54,731 nucleotides of DNA, from NCBI GenBank assembly GCA_002791275.1, contig PFWT01000025.1:1-54731 (forward strand), in the 5' to 3' direction. The notes under the pieces were generated by a model. That model saw nothing but the letters and a program-made list of their open reading frames with translations. It did no database searches and was not told the DNA's origin. How positions within the stretch are numbered: position 1 is the first letter of the stretch; every line of letters begins with the position of its first letter. This DNA is from Candidatus Uhrbacteria bacterium CG_4_9_14_3_um_filter_41_35 (GTDB lineage: Bacteria > Patescibacteriota > Patescibacteriia > UBA9934). This document shows positions 36,017 through 44,820 of the stretch, piece by piece. The translations under genes were made by a program, and so were the position numbers.

Positions 36017-37039
36017 CTAGTTCGTGAACACACTTCGTTTATAGGCCTCCAAGTTTTCAAGAGCTAAACCAGTACCTCTGGCTACGGCCATCTGTGGCTC
36101 TTCAGTTACATAGGTTGGTACGCCGGTTGATTCTGCAATTAATCTATCCAGATTTCGAAGCTGTGAACTTCCACCAGAAATTACAATACCTTTATCCATC
36201 ACATCTGCTGAAAGTTCGGGCGGAGTTTTAAACAAAACCTCTTTCAAGGTTGTTAAAATACCCTCGAGTAAAGACTGAATTGCCTGAGTTACGTCGTCTG
36301 AAGAGACCTCAATAATCTTCGGAAGCCCAGTGATCATATCCCGACCCTTAACTTCCATCGTGAGTTTTTCTTCAAGATACATTGCTGAACCGACATTGAT
36401 CTTAATTTCCTCAGCCGTTCGTTCACCGATTGCCAAGTTATAGTTTCGGCGGACGTGCTCCATAATAGCGAGGTCAAATTTCACTCCTCCAATTCTAACA
36501 GAATCGCTAGCTACAATTCCACCGAGTGAAATGACTGCCATTTCAGTGGTACCTCCCCCGATCTCCACAATCATATGCCCTGACGGGCTACCGATTGGAA
36601 TATTTGCCCCAATCGCCGCCACGATCGGTTGTTTAATGATAAAGGCAGCTTTTGCTCCTGCTGAAATCGCAGCGTCGATCACCGCTCGTCGTTCCGTTGA
36701 AGTAATACCACCCGGTACCGCAACCATTACTTCTGGTCTAAAAATCCTCACTCCGCCCACCGCTTTGTTAATAAAATAACGAAGCATAGCTTCGGTGGTT
36801 CGATAATCGGCAATCACTCCATCTTTGAGTGGACGTTTTGCAACAATCGTATCCGGTGTACGCCCAAGCATATCCTTTGCTTCCTTACCAACCGCCAAAA
36901 CTTTTTTATCTATCTTTGAAATCGCCACCACCGACGGTTCGTTTATAATAATTCCTCTTTTAGGAAGATAAACCAAAACACTCGTGGTTCCTAAATCAAT
37001 ACCGATCTTCTTTGAAAACACCATAAATCTATAATTCAA
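36017..37039 (-). CDS. mreB: rod-shape-determining actin homolog MreB
   Basis: IGIDLGTTSVLVY, VVAVPGGITSTERRAV, EIGGGTTE and ISGGSSQLRNLD motifs. Confidence 0.9.
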   Translation of the reverse strand: MNYRFMVFSKKIGIDLGTTSVLVYLPKRGIIINEPSVVAISKIDKKVLAVGKEAKDMLGRTPDTIVAKRPLKDGVIADYRTTEAMLRYFINKAVGGVRIFRPEVMVAVPGGITSTERRAVIDAAISAGAKAAFIIKQPIVAAIGANIPIGSPSGHMIVEIGGGTTEMAVISLGGIVASDSVRIGGVKFDLAIMEHVRRNYNLAIGERTAEEIKINVGSAMYLEEKLTMEVKGRDMITGLPKIIEVSSDDVTQAIQSLLEGILTTLKEVLFKTPPELSADVMDKGIVISGGSSQLRNLDRLIAESTGVPTYVTEEPQMAVARGTGLALENLEAYKRSVFTN

Positions 37040-38747
37040 CAGTGAAGACGGTGTCTTGAGACAAAATAGAATTTAAATAATATTTATTGTCACCAAATTG
37101 TTCTTCACTTTCAACTGGCTCTGCAGCTCTCACTTTTTTACCAAAATCAAGGTCTAAAGTCAAAGTTACCGCATCAACCCCAATCTGTTTCAAAACCTCA
37201 AGTTGATAAACCCCACCCTTTATTGCGCTCGCAATATCGGCCGATAAATTAAAGGTTACTTCTACCTCAGCTTCACTACCCGCTAGCACCGAGTGTGTAA
37301 ATGCCACCCGAGTGTACGCCCCTTGGTCTTCTGAAAAAAATCCTGCGGGTCCAGCTGTTACAACACTCTGACCTTTGATTAAAATATTAGTCACTCCCTG
37401 CCAGTCCTCACGGTTTTTGTTGAAGTAGTTAATTTTAACAGTACCGGTATAACCATTTTTATTTGACGTAATTCTATATTCAGTTTTGCGGGTTAAAAAT
37501 AAATCACTGGCCGTACTCGTGTTTGCGTCTGCAACCATCAGTAAATCATCATAATTTGCCTCGACTCGACCCGACCAGCTGGCGTCGTCGTACGATTTTT
37601 GTACCTCATCTGAAAATGAGTAGACAACAAGTTTCTTTTCTTGAATACTTTTCCTTACGATCTCAAGAAATTGAAAAAGTTCACTACCATTAAAATTATA
37701 GAGCGTCATCAATAACTCCTGTGAAACTTTAGCGGTTTCTCCACTATTACTAAACGATAATTTTTTTGCGTTTACTGAACCGATTTGTGCCACCTCGTTT
37801 AAAAAATCTGGGGTAATCCCAACAACAGCATTTACTTTTGGAGCTGGTAAGCCGTGCTCCTTGGCTATTAGCTGAACATTATCGGCCGCCCGTTCTGCTA
37901 CCACGGAAAAATCCGGCAACCAGTATGTGTCGTTTATTGTTAACGGCTCAAAATCTACTTTTTGAACCTGACCATTTTTCATAAAAACAAGTCCGACCTG
38001 ATAAATTTCACCACCTGATGGTTTATAAGTTTCGTTATCTAAAAACAACACTAGCCACTGCGCACCACCCTGAAGTCCAGCAAACTCATCAACACCAGCT
38101 GTAATTGGAATTACCACATCGAGCACACTTGAATACTCACTAAACTTATCACTCACCATGACTACTACATCTTTGAAAACTGGGTGCAGATTCAGGCGCT
38201 TTAATTCCTCAAGTTTTGCGTTAATTACTTTTGTTCTAATGACCACCCTTTGCAGATCAGCGTTTACAAATTTAATATTTTGAAGCAGTAACTCTCTTTT
38301 GTCCGCTGGTAAATCGTTAAAACTAATATCTAGGTTATCCTGATCAACCACCTTATTCATAATGAGTAACGCGTCTTCAGCCACGTGTGTCATATCGACT
38401 GCCACGTCTAAACTTATATCTACGCCTTTAACTTGGTCCCCCACCCAGGGCAGGATTTTTAGCCAACTTAAAAACTTAATCCCTGAACTCATCTCCTCTA
38501 GACCCAACCTAATATTTGGAATTTCACCTTCTATTTTTGAAAATTCACTGCTTGCGAGATCAACCTGAATGTTATCGAAAGTTCCAGTCGTGCTCGACAA
38601 TCCACTAGCAATTCGAGTTGCCCCAAAAATTGTTAAGCCGATTAAAATCAAAAAACCGATTACAAAAAGAAAAACGCCAGCGATAAATACCGAGCGTTTT
38701 CCCTGTTTTTTATTGCTTGCATCTTGTAAAAATTGGTTTTTCTTCAT
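37029..38747 (-). CDS. membrane-anchored large extracytoplasmic protein, DUF4012-like (tentative)
   Basis: Single N-terminal TM helix, about 530 aa outside the membrane, and a position among envelope glycosyltransferases. The family assignment is from memory only. Confidence 0.55.
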   Translation of the reverse strand: MKKNQFLQDASNKKQGKRSVFIAGVFLFVIGFLILIGLTIFGATRIASGLSSTTGTFDNIQVDLASSEFSKIEGEIPNIRLGLEEMSSGIKFLSWLKILPWVGDQVKGVDISLDVAVDMTHVAEDALLIMNKVVDQDNLDISFNDLPADKRELLLQNIKFVNADLQRVVIRTKVINAKLEELKRLNLHPVFKDVVVMVSDKFSEYSSVLDVVIPITAGVDEFAGLQGGAQWLVLFLDNETYKPSGGEIYQVGLVFMKNGQVQKVDFEPLTINDTYWLPDFSVVAERAADNVQLIAKEHGLPAPKVNAVVGITPDFLNEVAQIGSVNAKKLSFSNSGETAKVSQELLMTLYNFNGSELFQFLEIVRKSIQEKKLVVYSFSDEVQKSYDDASWSGRVEANYDDLLMVADANTSTASDLFLTRKTEYRITSNKNGYTGTVKINYFNKNREDWQGVTNILIKGQSVVTAGPAGFFSEDQGAYTRVAFTHSVLAGSEAEVEVTFNLSADIASAIKGGVYQLEVLKQIGVDAVTLTLDLDFGKKVRAAEPVESEEQFGDNKYYLNSILSQDTVFTVEL

Positions 38748-39571
38748 TTTATTTTTTTAAGTCTAGGATTCTCTTGACCCTTATATTTCTTTTGATATTT
38801 AAAAAAGCTTGAAATATGAATCCAGGTCATTTTAGAAGTAAGTTGTTTAAACAAACCACCATCTGCCGAAGCGCGCCGGTGGTAGTGAGTCATCACAGCA
38901 CCCGGGTGATAAACAACTTTGTAACCTTTTTCCCAGAACCTTCGGCAAAGATCATTGTCTTCATAGTACAGGAAGAAACGTTCGTCGAACATCCCAACGT
39001 CAAACAAGGCTTCACGCCTTGTAAAAATTGCCGCCCCAATCATAGCGTCCACCTCCATATCCTGTGAGTGGTCGTCGTTCACCATTAAGTAGTGGTCCAC
39101 AATTTCTTTACCTCTTTTTGTTTTTCCAAGCGGTGTGCGTCTGTACATTGGTAACGAGAGTCCTGGTAATCTGTAACACGAGTACTGCAAACTGCCGTCT
39201 GAGTTTCGAAGTTGTGGTCCGCAGACACCAACCTCTTTGTTGTCGTCCATAAACCGAACCAGTTCTTCGATCGAACCAGCACCAACCACAATATCTGGGT
39301 TGAAAATGAAAATATAACGTCCCTTTGCGATGTTAATTCCCTCGTTCATGGCACCACCAAAACCTTTGTTTTGGTCATTCGCAATATACCTAACATGTGT
39401 AAAATCAGACTTCAAAACATCGTACATGCCTGCTGCTGGATTGTTATCAACCACAATAATTTCGTAGTTCACTTTAGGTGCAGCTCGACCGATACTTTTC
39501 AGAGTTTGTCTTATTTGCTCTTTCTCAAAAGTATGAACAATGATTATTGAAACATCAACTATTTCGGACAT
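38744..39571 (-). CDS. glycosyltransferase family 2
   Basis: VSIIIV.., VVDNNP and NKGFGGAMNEG motifs, a DxD-like FNPD, and a later YYEDNDLCRR motif. Confidence 0.8.
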   Translation of the reverse strand: MSEIVDVSIIIVHTFEKEQIRQTLKSIGRAAPKVNYEIIVVDNNPAAGMYDVLKSDFTHVRYIANDQNKGFGGAMNEGINIAKGRYIFIFNPDIVVGAGSIEELVRFMDDNKEVGVCGPQLRNSDGSLQYSCYRLPGLSLPMYRRTPLGKTKRGKEIVDHYLMVNDDHSQDMEVDAMIGAAIFTRREALFDVGMFDERFFLYYEDNDLCRRFWEKGYKVVYHPGAVMTHYHRRASADGGLFKQLTSKMTWIHISSFFKYQKKYKGQENPRLKKIK

Positions 39572-40604
39572 ATTTTCTAATTTCAGCGTTTGATTTAATT
39601 TGCGTTTCGGTAATAAGTTTTCTGTCCTTTAAAGCTCTACGTGCCAGTCGCCAGATTGAGAGTAGCCTACCCCTTGTTTGTTTTTCAAAAATAAAACCAT
39701 AAAGCACTCGAGCTCCTTCGCCAAAAATAAGCTGTGGGGCTGACCTTATAAAATCTGCAAACGATAAATTCTTGAGTAGCACAAGTAGTTGATTTCGCGT
39801 TGAAAGAGCCGCGAAAAATGGTCGTTGATTCCGCCGATTTTTAATTCTATCGAGCCACGTTTGCTTTTCCGCTCCATACATTCCTCTGTAATGCCAAGCA
39901 ATAGCCTGCGGAGCAAACTTTGTAATAATACCTAGTTTCTGAAGTCGCCAAGCTAAATCACAATCTTCCCGGTAAGCAAAAAACTCACCATCGTAGAACT
40001 CGTCGTTTAGCATTACTTTTTGAATTACACTCAAACGATAAAGTCCGATAGTCCCTGTTGGTCCAAAAAGACCAAGTTTATTGTCGTACTGCCCTTTGTC
40101 GAGCTCACCTGCTCCGCGATCTGACATTCGCCAGTCTTTACCCACGTTCATACCCGTTGAATCGAGAATATCTGACTTCACAGTTTCCTCTAAAACTTCA
40201 TTGCCAGTATTCTCTCCAAAAGCGCGGTACAATTTTGGTTGAACCGCCCCCACATCAGTATTTTCGTCCAGTACCTTTACCATTTCCGCAATACAGTTCT
40301 CGTCGAGAATCATATCTGAGTTCATTAGCAAAAAGTAAGGATCTTCATCCTCATCTATACGGTGTTCGATTGAAAACTTTATTAGCTGATTAAACCCCGG
40401 GGCAAAACCCAAATTCTTAACATTCCGACCAACAATAGTTTTAGGGTAATAAGTTTGAAGATATTTAAGAGTATCGTCCGTGCTACCGTTATCTAAAATC
40501 CGAACCGTAAATTCAGAATAGGTTTGTTTTTCAAAAGATTCAAAAAGATCCGGCAAATATATCCGATCGTTCCAAACCAAAAAGTGTACGTATATTTTAG
40601 TCAT
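39555..40604 (-). CDS. glycosyltransferase family 2
   Basis: ILDNGSTDDT, NLGFAPGFN, MNSDM and AYREDCDLAWR motifs. Confidence 0.8.
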   Translation of the reverse strand: MTKIYVHFLVWNDRIYLPDLFESFEKQTYSEFTVRILDNGSTDDTLKYLQTYYPKTIVGRNVKNLGFAPGFNQLIKFSIEHRIDEDEDPYFLLMNSDMILDENCIAEMVKVLDENTDVGAVQPKLYRAFGENTGNEVLEETVKSDILDSTGMNVGKDWRMSDRGAGELDKGQYDNKLGLFGPTGTIGLYRLSVIQKVMLNDEFYDGEFFAYREDCDLAWRLQKLGIITKFAPQAIAWHYRGMYGAEKQTWLDRIKNRRNQRPFFAALSTRNQLLVLLKNLSFADFIRSAPQLIFGEGARVLYGFIFEKQTRGRLLSIWRLARRALKDRKLITETQIKSNAEIRKYVRNS

Positions 40605-40730
40605 AGCCTTAGTCTACTTTAAGTTAAGCTTCTGGTCAAAAAAAGTTATAAATCCTGATTTTTTCATAATTTGTACAGTAAATCTGAACAACAAATATAG
40701 CTAATACTAGCCAATAATATATGCATTTAC

Positions 40731-40759
40731 TTGACAAAAGCTTTAAAATGTGTTATTAA
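40731..40759 (+). promoter_or_regulatory. near-consensus sigma-70 promoter of the high-GC cassette
   Basis: TTGACA (40731-40736), 17-nt spacer, TATTAA (40754-40759) preceded by TGt. About 26 of 32 positions match the promoter at 33096-33127. Confidence 0.6.
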
Positions 40760-40766
40760 ATGTGCA

Positions 40767-40967
40767 TAGTAAAGATGAGAAAAGGAGGTACGAGCCCTTG
40801 ATCATCCGTTCACAATTCAGAAACCTACTTAAACAGCTACAAGGGCTTGTAAAAGTAATTTTCACAAGGAGAGACCCTAGCCTGGGGTAATTAGGCATTA
40901 AGCATTATTATGCTTAAAAAGACTGGATTGTGTATTTCTCACCGACATATATAATCCAGTCTTTTTC
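40767..40967 (+). ncRNA. putative structured leader or small RNA ending in an intrinsic terminator; it could encode a 30-aa peptide (40798-40890, TTG start)
   Basis: Stem AGCCCTTG (40793-40800) / CAAGGGCT (40840-40847), hairpin 40898-40917, and terminator AGACTGGATT..AATCCAGTCT+TTTTT (40920-40967). GGAGG lies at 40784-40788. Confidence 0.35.
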
Positions 40968-41036
40968 ATTTTCGAAATTGACTACAGAAACTACAGTCCC
41001 CTGTCTGGGACTTTAAATAAATGACCGGAGGTCATT

Positions 41037-41492
41037 ATGACCAAGATTGGAATGGATATCCCGGCAACAAATTTTCCCGCGCAACGCCTCGTGGCGCTGC
41101 GCCAGGCACTCCGCTACGACCTCGTGGGCGATTTCGCCCACGAGGTCGTCGTCACCGACCAGGGCGACATCCTCGCCCAGACGGTGTGGGTGCATACCCA
41201 CACCGGCGAGCTCGTAAAGAGCCCGCCGGTGTCAAAGCGAGACGGACTCGTCCGTCTCGCCGACCACCTCGCCTGGCTCCAGGCGAAGGTGGAGACGTCC
41301 GCAAAGGTCGCGGCGCGACGCGCTGCGACCGAGCGACACCGAAACTCGTTCGAGTTCGGTGTCGTGGGCGGGGGCGATAAGCGCCCCCGCCGACTACAAG
41401 GCCAAGAAGGCCAAGAAGTCGGCGGAGTCCCGGAAGATCCGGGACTCAATGAAGGGAGGCTACTCCCTGAAGAGCGGGCGATAAGCGGCTGA
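41037..41492 (+). CDS. hypothetical protein on a high-GC foreign segment; the 3' part is probably frameshifted (alternative end 41484)
   Basis: GGAGG SD at 41027-41031. Strong G/C third-position bias holds in this frame up to about 41370. After the palindrome at 41367-41391 the bias moves to the +1 frame (ADYKAKKAKKSAESRKIRDSMKGGYSLKSGR*). Confidence 0.55.
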   Translation: MTKIGMDIPATNFPAQRLVALRQALRYDLVGDFAHEVVVTDQGDILAQTVWVHTHTGELVKSPPVSKRDGLVRLADHLAWLQAKVETSAKVAARRAATERHRNSFEFGVVGGGDKRPRRLQGQEGQEVGGVPEDPGLNEGRLLPEERAISG

Positions 41493-41565
41493 CCCCTACA
41501 ACATGCAAATGTTTGTAGGGGTCCCATACAATGTTCATAAAATTGCTTGTGAGTATTGCTGGGAA

Positions 41566-41598
41566 ATAAAAAAATCAACTGCAAGCAGTTGATTTTTT
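41566..41598. terminator. bidirectional intrinsic terminator
   Basis: A8, stem ATCAACTGC-AA-GCAGTTGAT, then T6. It lies between the convergent high-GC ORF and the GT2 synthase gene. Confidence 0.75.
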
Positions 41599-41601
41599 GT
41601 T

Positions 41602-43092
41602 TTACTGTTCTTTCGTCTTCTTCTCGGTTACATTAAACCCTAAATAGGTTCCAAGCATAAACCGCGTCTGCGCATCTATCGCTGGAATTGCCCCGAAGAG
41701 AATGAAGGTTATTGGTAATAGTCCCCACTGCGCAATCATAATTAACCAGTTATGCTTTCCAACCTCTCCTGGTCTTTTTGGCAGAAAGAGGAAGCTCATA
41801 ATACCACTAGCAAACACCCCGATTGTGGCTACCTGCATCATTCGCTCAAGAGCAAATGGCGAGTTCGCAATAATCGCAGTTGGTGAGTCGCCAGCTACAA
41901 AGAACGGTAAATATCCCAGCATAAAAATCAGCATTGGCGCTGTGGCCCAAGTGTACATTCCTTCGATGTGATTAAAAAGGAACTTGAATTTAACGCTTCT
42001 TGGCAGTTCCGGGTGTTTTCTGAACTGTTCGATCATATACGGCAAATGCTCAACTCCCCAGGCCCAACGACGTTGCTGTTTGTAGAGAGCTTTCAGACTT
42101 TCAAAGTAAGTCTCACCCTCGACCGCATCCATATGCACCGGAATAAACATTGGGACAACTCTGTAATCACCGTCATAGTGAATAAGTCCCTGCAAGAAAA
42201 TTCGTGAGTCCTCCGACACCAAATCCGCTTCGTGGTAACCAACATCCACCAGCATTTGCCAGGGCATTGAGTGACTGGAAAAAGTCCACATTCTTTCTTC
42301 ACGCACCAGTTCCGTGAGTAACCAAAAAGTTGTTCCAAAAGCAGAAATGCGCACCGGTGCCGTGGCGTACCAAATATTATTTGAAAAGAGCGTGAGTGGT
42401 TGGTAGCTGGCGCGAAGAGGATTTTCGACGGTTAAAAATAAATAAGTTAACCGAGCAAAATACTGTTCGTGCGCAATAGTGTCTACATCAAAGGCTGAGA
42501 CGAGAATATTTTCGTACGGCAAGTGCATTTCGTTTATAATCGGCCGAACCTCTTTTGCCATCCACCTCATGTTACTGCCCTTTCCCGCCATTTCTCCAGG
42601 CAAACCTTTCGGGTGCACAGTAAACATCAGTTTTTTAAACTTATCCGCAAATTCTTTTGATAAAATTTTCTTGTACTCTAGGAAGTTCTGTTCATCCCCC
42701 TCTTCACCACCAAGAACAACGATAAACCTATCAGAGCGATATTTGGTTTCGCTCAGAGATTTAAGGGCGTGGCGTAAAATTGAGATATCTTCCTTGTAAG
42801 TTGGGAGCATTACTACGTGGTAAATTCTTTCCCAGTTCTCGAACTTCTGAACCTCAGTCTGCCAATCATGGTGCACAGTTTGCTGATATTGTTTGTAGGC
42901 AAAGATGGTGTGGACCAGGAAGTAGAGCACTCTGAGTGTCCAATATAAATCAAAGATTATGATAAAGACAACGGCGATAACTGGGGCAAAAAATGATGCA
43001 AAAATTGCTAGCAAAATAGTGCTCCAAGCTAAAAAACCGGGCACTATTTCCCAAAACCGTAAACGGCCATACTGTCCAAATTGTTCAGGCAT
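41602..43092 (-). CDS. integral-membrane processive family-2 glycosyltransferase (synthase-like)
   Basis: TM helices at both ends and the QQRRWAWG motif (Q-x-x-R-W). ATG 43092 lies 2 nt after the ftsX stop. Confidence 0.7.
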   Translation of the reverse strand: MPEQFGQYGRLRFWEIVPGFLAWSTILLAIFASFFAPVIAVVFIIIFDLYWTLRVLYFLVHTIFAYKQYQQTVHHDWQTEVQKFENWERIYHVVMLPTYKEDISILRHALKSLSETKYRSDRFIVVLGGEEGDEQNFLEYKKILSKEFADKFKKLMFTVHPKGLPGEMAGKGSNMRWMAKEVRPIINEMHLPYENILVSAFDVDTIAHEQYFARLTYLFLTVENPLRASYQPLTLFSNNIWYATAPVRISAFGTTFWLLTELVREERMWTFSSHSMPWQMLVDVGYHEADLVSEDSRIFLQGLIHYDGDYRVVPMFIPVHMDAVEGETYFESLKALYKQQRRWAWGVEHLPYMIEQFRKHPELPRSVKFKFLFNHIEGMYTWATAPMLIFMLGYLPFFVAGDSPTAIIANSPFALERMMQVATIGVFASGIMSFLFLPKRPGEVGKHNWLIMIAQWGLLPITFILFGAIPAIDAQTRFMLGTYLGFNVTEKKTKEQ

Positions 43093-43094
43093 AA

Positions 43095-44009
43095 CTAAAC
43101 TTTCAAGTAATTCCTCATTGCAAACCAAGTTGTAAGCACACTAAGTAGCGTAAGTACAACAAATTGTGAGCCAAAAATCAAGAGCCCGTTATCTAGGAAG
43201 TAGTTGAAAACTGAAATATTCACTTCACCGAAGAAATTAGAGATCTGCGTTTCAAAACTTCCGAGGAATAAAAATGTTCCGCCCATCACCGCTGAAGTTG
43301 CAAGAAGGCTGTAAAAAATTGATTCAAGCAGGAATGGTCCGCGAATAAACCAATCGTTTGCACCAACTAATTTCATAATTCCAATTTCGTCCCGATGCAC
43401 GTAAATCGCAACACGAATAGTGTTAAAAATTATCATTATGGCAATAAGCCCAAAGAATCCTGCAATAACTATTCCACCAATTTGGATTCGACCATTAATC
43501 GTTTCGATATTTTTTATAATATCTTCGTAGTTCTGATAATCCTTATTACGAATATACGGCGAAAATTCTGGTGTTTCAATTGCTTCTAAAATAAACGGAA
43601 AATCAGCTGGCGAATGTGCCGAAACCACCACTGCGTGACCAAGCGGAGTCCCGCCAACTTCATCGATTGACGATAAAATTATAGGTTCAGTTTTATGCTT
43701 TTCTCTAAAGTCGCTTGTTGCGTCTTCGGCTGAAATAAATACTGCGTCTCTTACCTGTGGCAATCCGAGCAAGTAGCCCTGAGAAGCTTTAGCAATATCC
43801 TCTGAAGCATCAATATTGAAGTAAACGGTAATTTCCACTTTGTCTTCAATACTCTTTAGCGTAGCGTTTGCCATTAGATTTAAAAAAATGATGGCGTTAA
43901 TTGTAAGTAGCGTTAGAATGAAAATTGTAATCGTAACAAAAGACAGCCAAAAGTTTCGAAAGAAATTTTGAATTGCGAATTTAAAAAGTCGGTAGGTCGA
44001 GGTAAACAT
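43095..44009 (-). CDS. ftsX: cell-division ABC transporter permease FtsX
   Basis: Four-TM FtsX topology with a periplasmic loop. It follows ftsE with a 1-nt gap. Confidence 0.8.
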   Translation of the reverse strand: MFTSTYRLFKFAIQNFFRNFWLSFVTITIFILTLLTINAIIFLNLMANATLKSIEDKVEITVYFNIDASEDIAKASQGYLLGLPQVRDAVFISAEDATSDFREKHKTEPIILSSIDEVGGTPLGHAVVVSAHSPADFPFILEAIETPEFSPYIRNKDYQNYEDIIKNIETINGRIQIGGIVIAGFFGLIAIMIIFNTIRVAIYVHRDEIGIMKLVGANDWFIRGPFLLESIFYSLLATSAVMGGTFLFLGSFETQISNFFGEVNISVFNYFLDNGLLIFGSQFVVLTLLSVLTTWFAMRNYLKV

Positions 44010-44010
44010 A

Positions 44011-44694
44011 TTAAGAAAGCTTATATTTACCGTGCTCCATATCCGAGGCCACCTCACCTTCTTGAATAGTGATCACACGTTTATTTAAAGCGTTAACAAT
44101 ATCCCGATCGTGCGTAACAAGAACAATAGTCGTTCCATAGGAGTTAATATGTTTAAGTAATTGAATAATTTCGTGTGAGTGAATAGTGTCGAGGTTACCG
44201 GTTGGCTCGTCAGCGACTAAAATCTTTGGCCGGTGCACTAGCGCGCGCGCAATTGACACTCGTTGCTGTTCCCCACCTGAAAGTTGGCGTGGATAACGGT
44301 CGATTTTATCCGATAGCCCGACGATCTTTAAAACTTGTGGCACCACTTCCCGGATACGTTTTCCCCGGTCCCCCGCTACCTGCAGCGCAAAGGCTATATT
44401 TTCACCAACAGTTTTTCTTTGTAATAATTTGAAGTCCTGAAAAACTACGCCGATCTGACGCCGAAGCATTGGAATTTCACTTCTACGGATTCGGCTAATA
44501 TCCCAATCACCGATAACTATACTTCCGCCAGTAGGTTTTTCCTCCGCAAACAAAAGTTTAGCCAAAGTAGTCTTTCCGGACCCACTTTGCCCAACGATCG
44601 AGACAAATTCTCCAGCTTTAATGTGTAAACTCACGTCCTTCAAAGCTTGCGTCTCGGGCTTATAAAGTTTGCTAACGTTTTTCAGTTTGATCAT
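44011..44694 (-). CDS. ftsE: cell-division ABC transporter ATP-binding protein FtsE
   Basis: Walker [10 protein letters not shown], signature LSGGEQQRV, Walker [13 protein letters not shown]. Confidence 0.9.
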   Translation of the reverse strand: MIKLKNVSKLYKPETQALKDVSLHIKAGEFVSIVGQSGSGKTTLAKLLFAEEKPTGGSIVIGDWDISRIRRSEIPMLRRQIGVVFQDFKLLQRKTVGENIAFALQVAGDRGKRIREVVPQVLKIVGLSDKIDRYPRQLSGGEQQRVSIARALVHRPKILVADEPTGNLDTIHSHEIIQLLKHINSYGTTIVLVTHDRDIVNALNKRVITIQEGEVASDMEHGKYKLS

Positions 44695-44820
44695 GAAATA
44701 ATTATATCATGAAAAGTAATCAAAAATTAGCCAAAAGATATAAACAGGTAAATTATAGTTAAGACAATTTTTAATCGTTTTGGGGCAAATAAAAAAGCTG
44801 GGACGAATCCCAGCCAGTAA

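Noticed and set aside
41013-41584. Overlapping ORFs 41013..41201(-), 41021..41380(+) and 41114..41584(-) in the high-GC segment.
   Set aside because: High G+C depletes stop codons in all frames. These frames give Arg/Pro/Gly/Ser-rich low-complexity translations and lack the G/C third-position bias seen in the 41037 frame.
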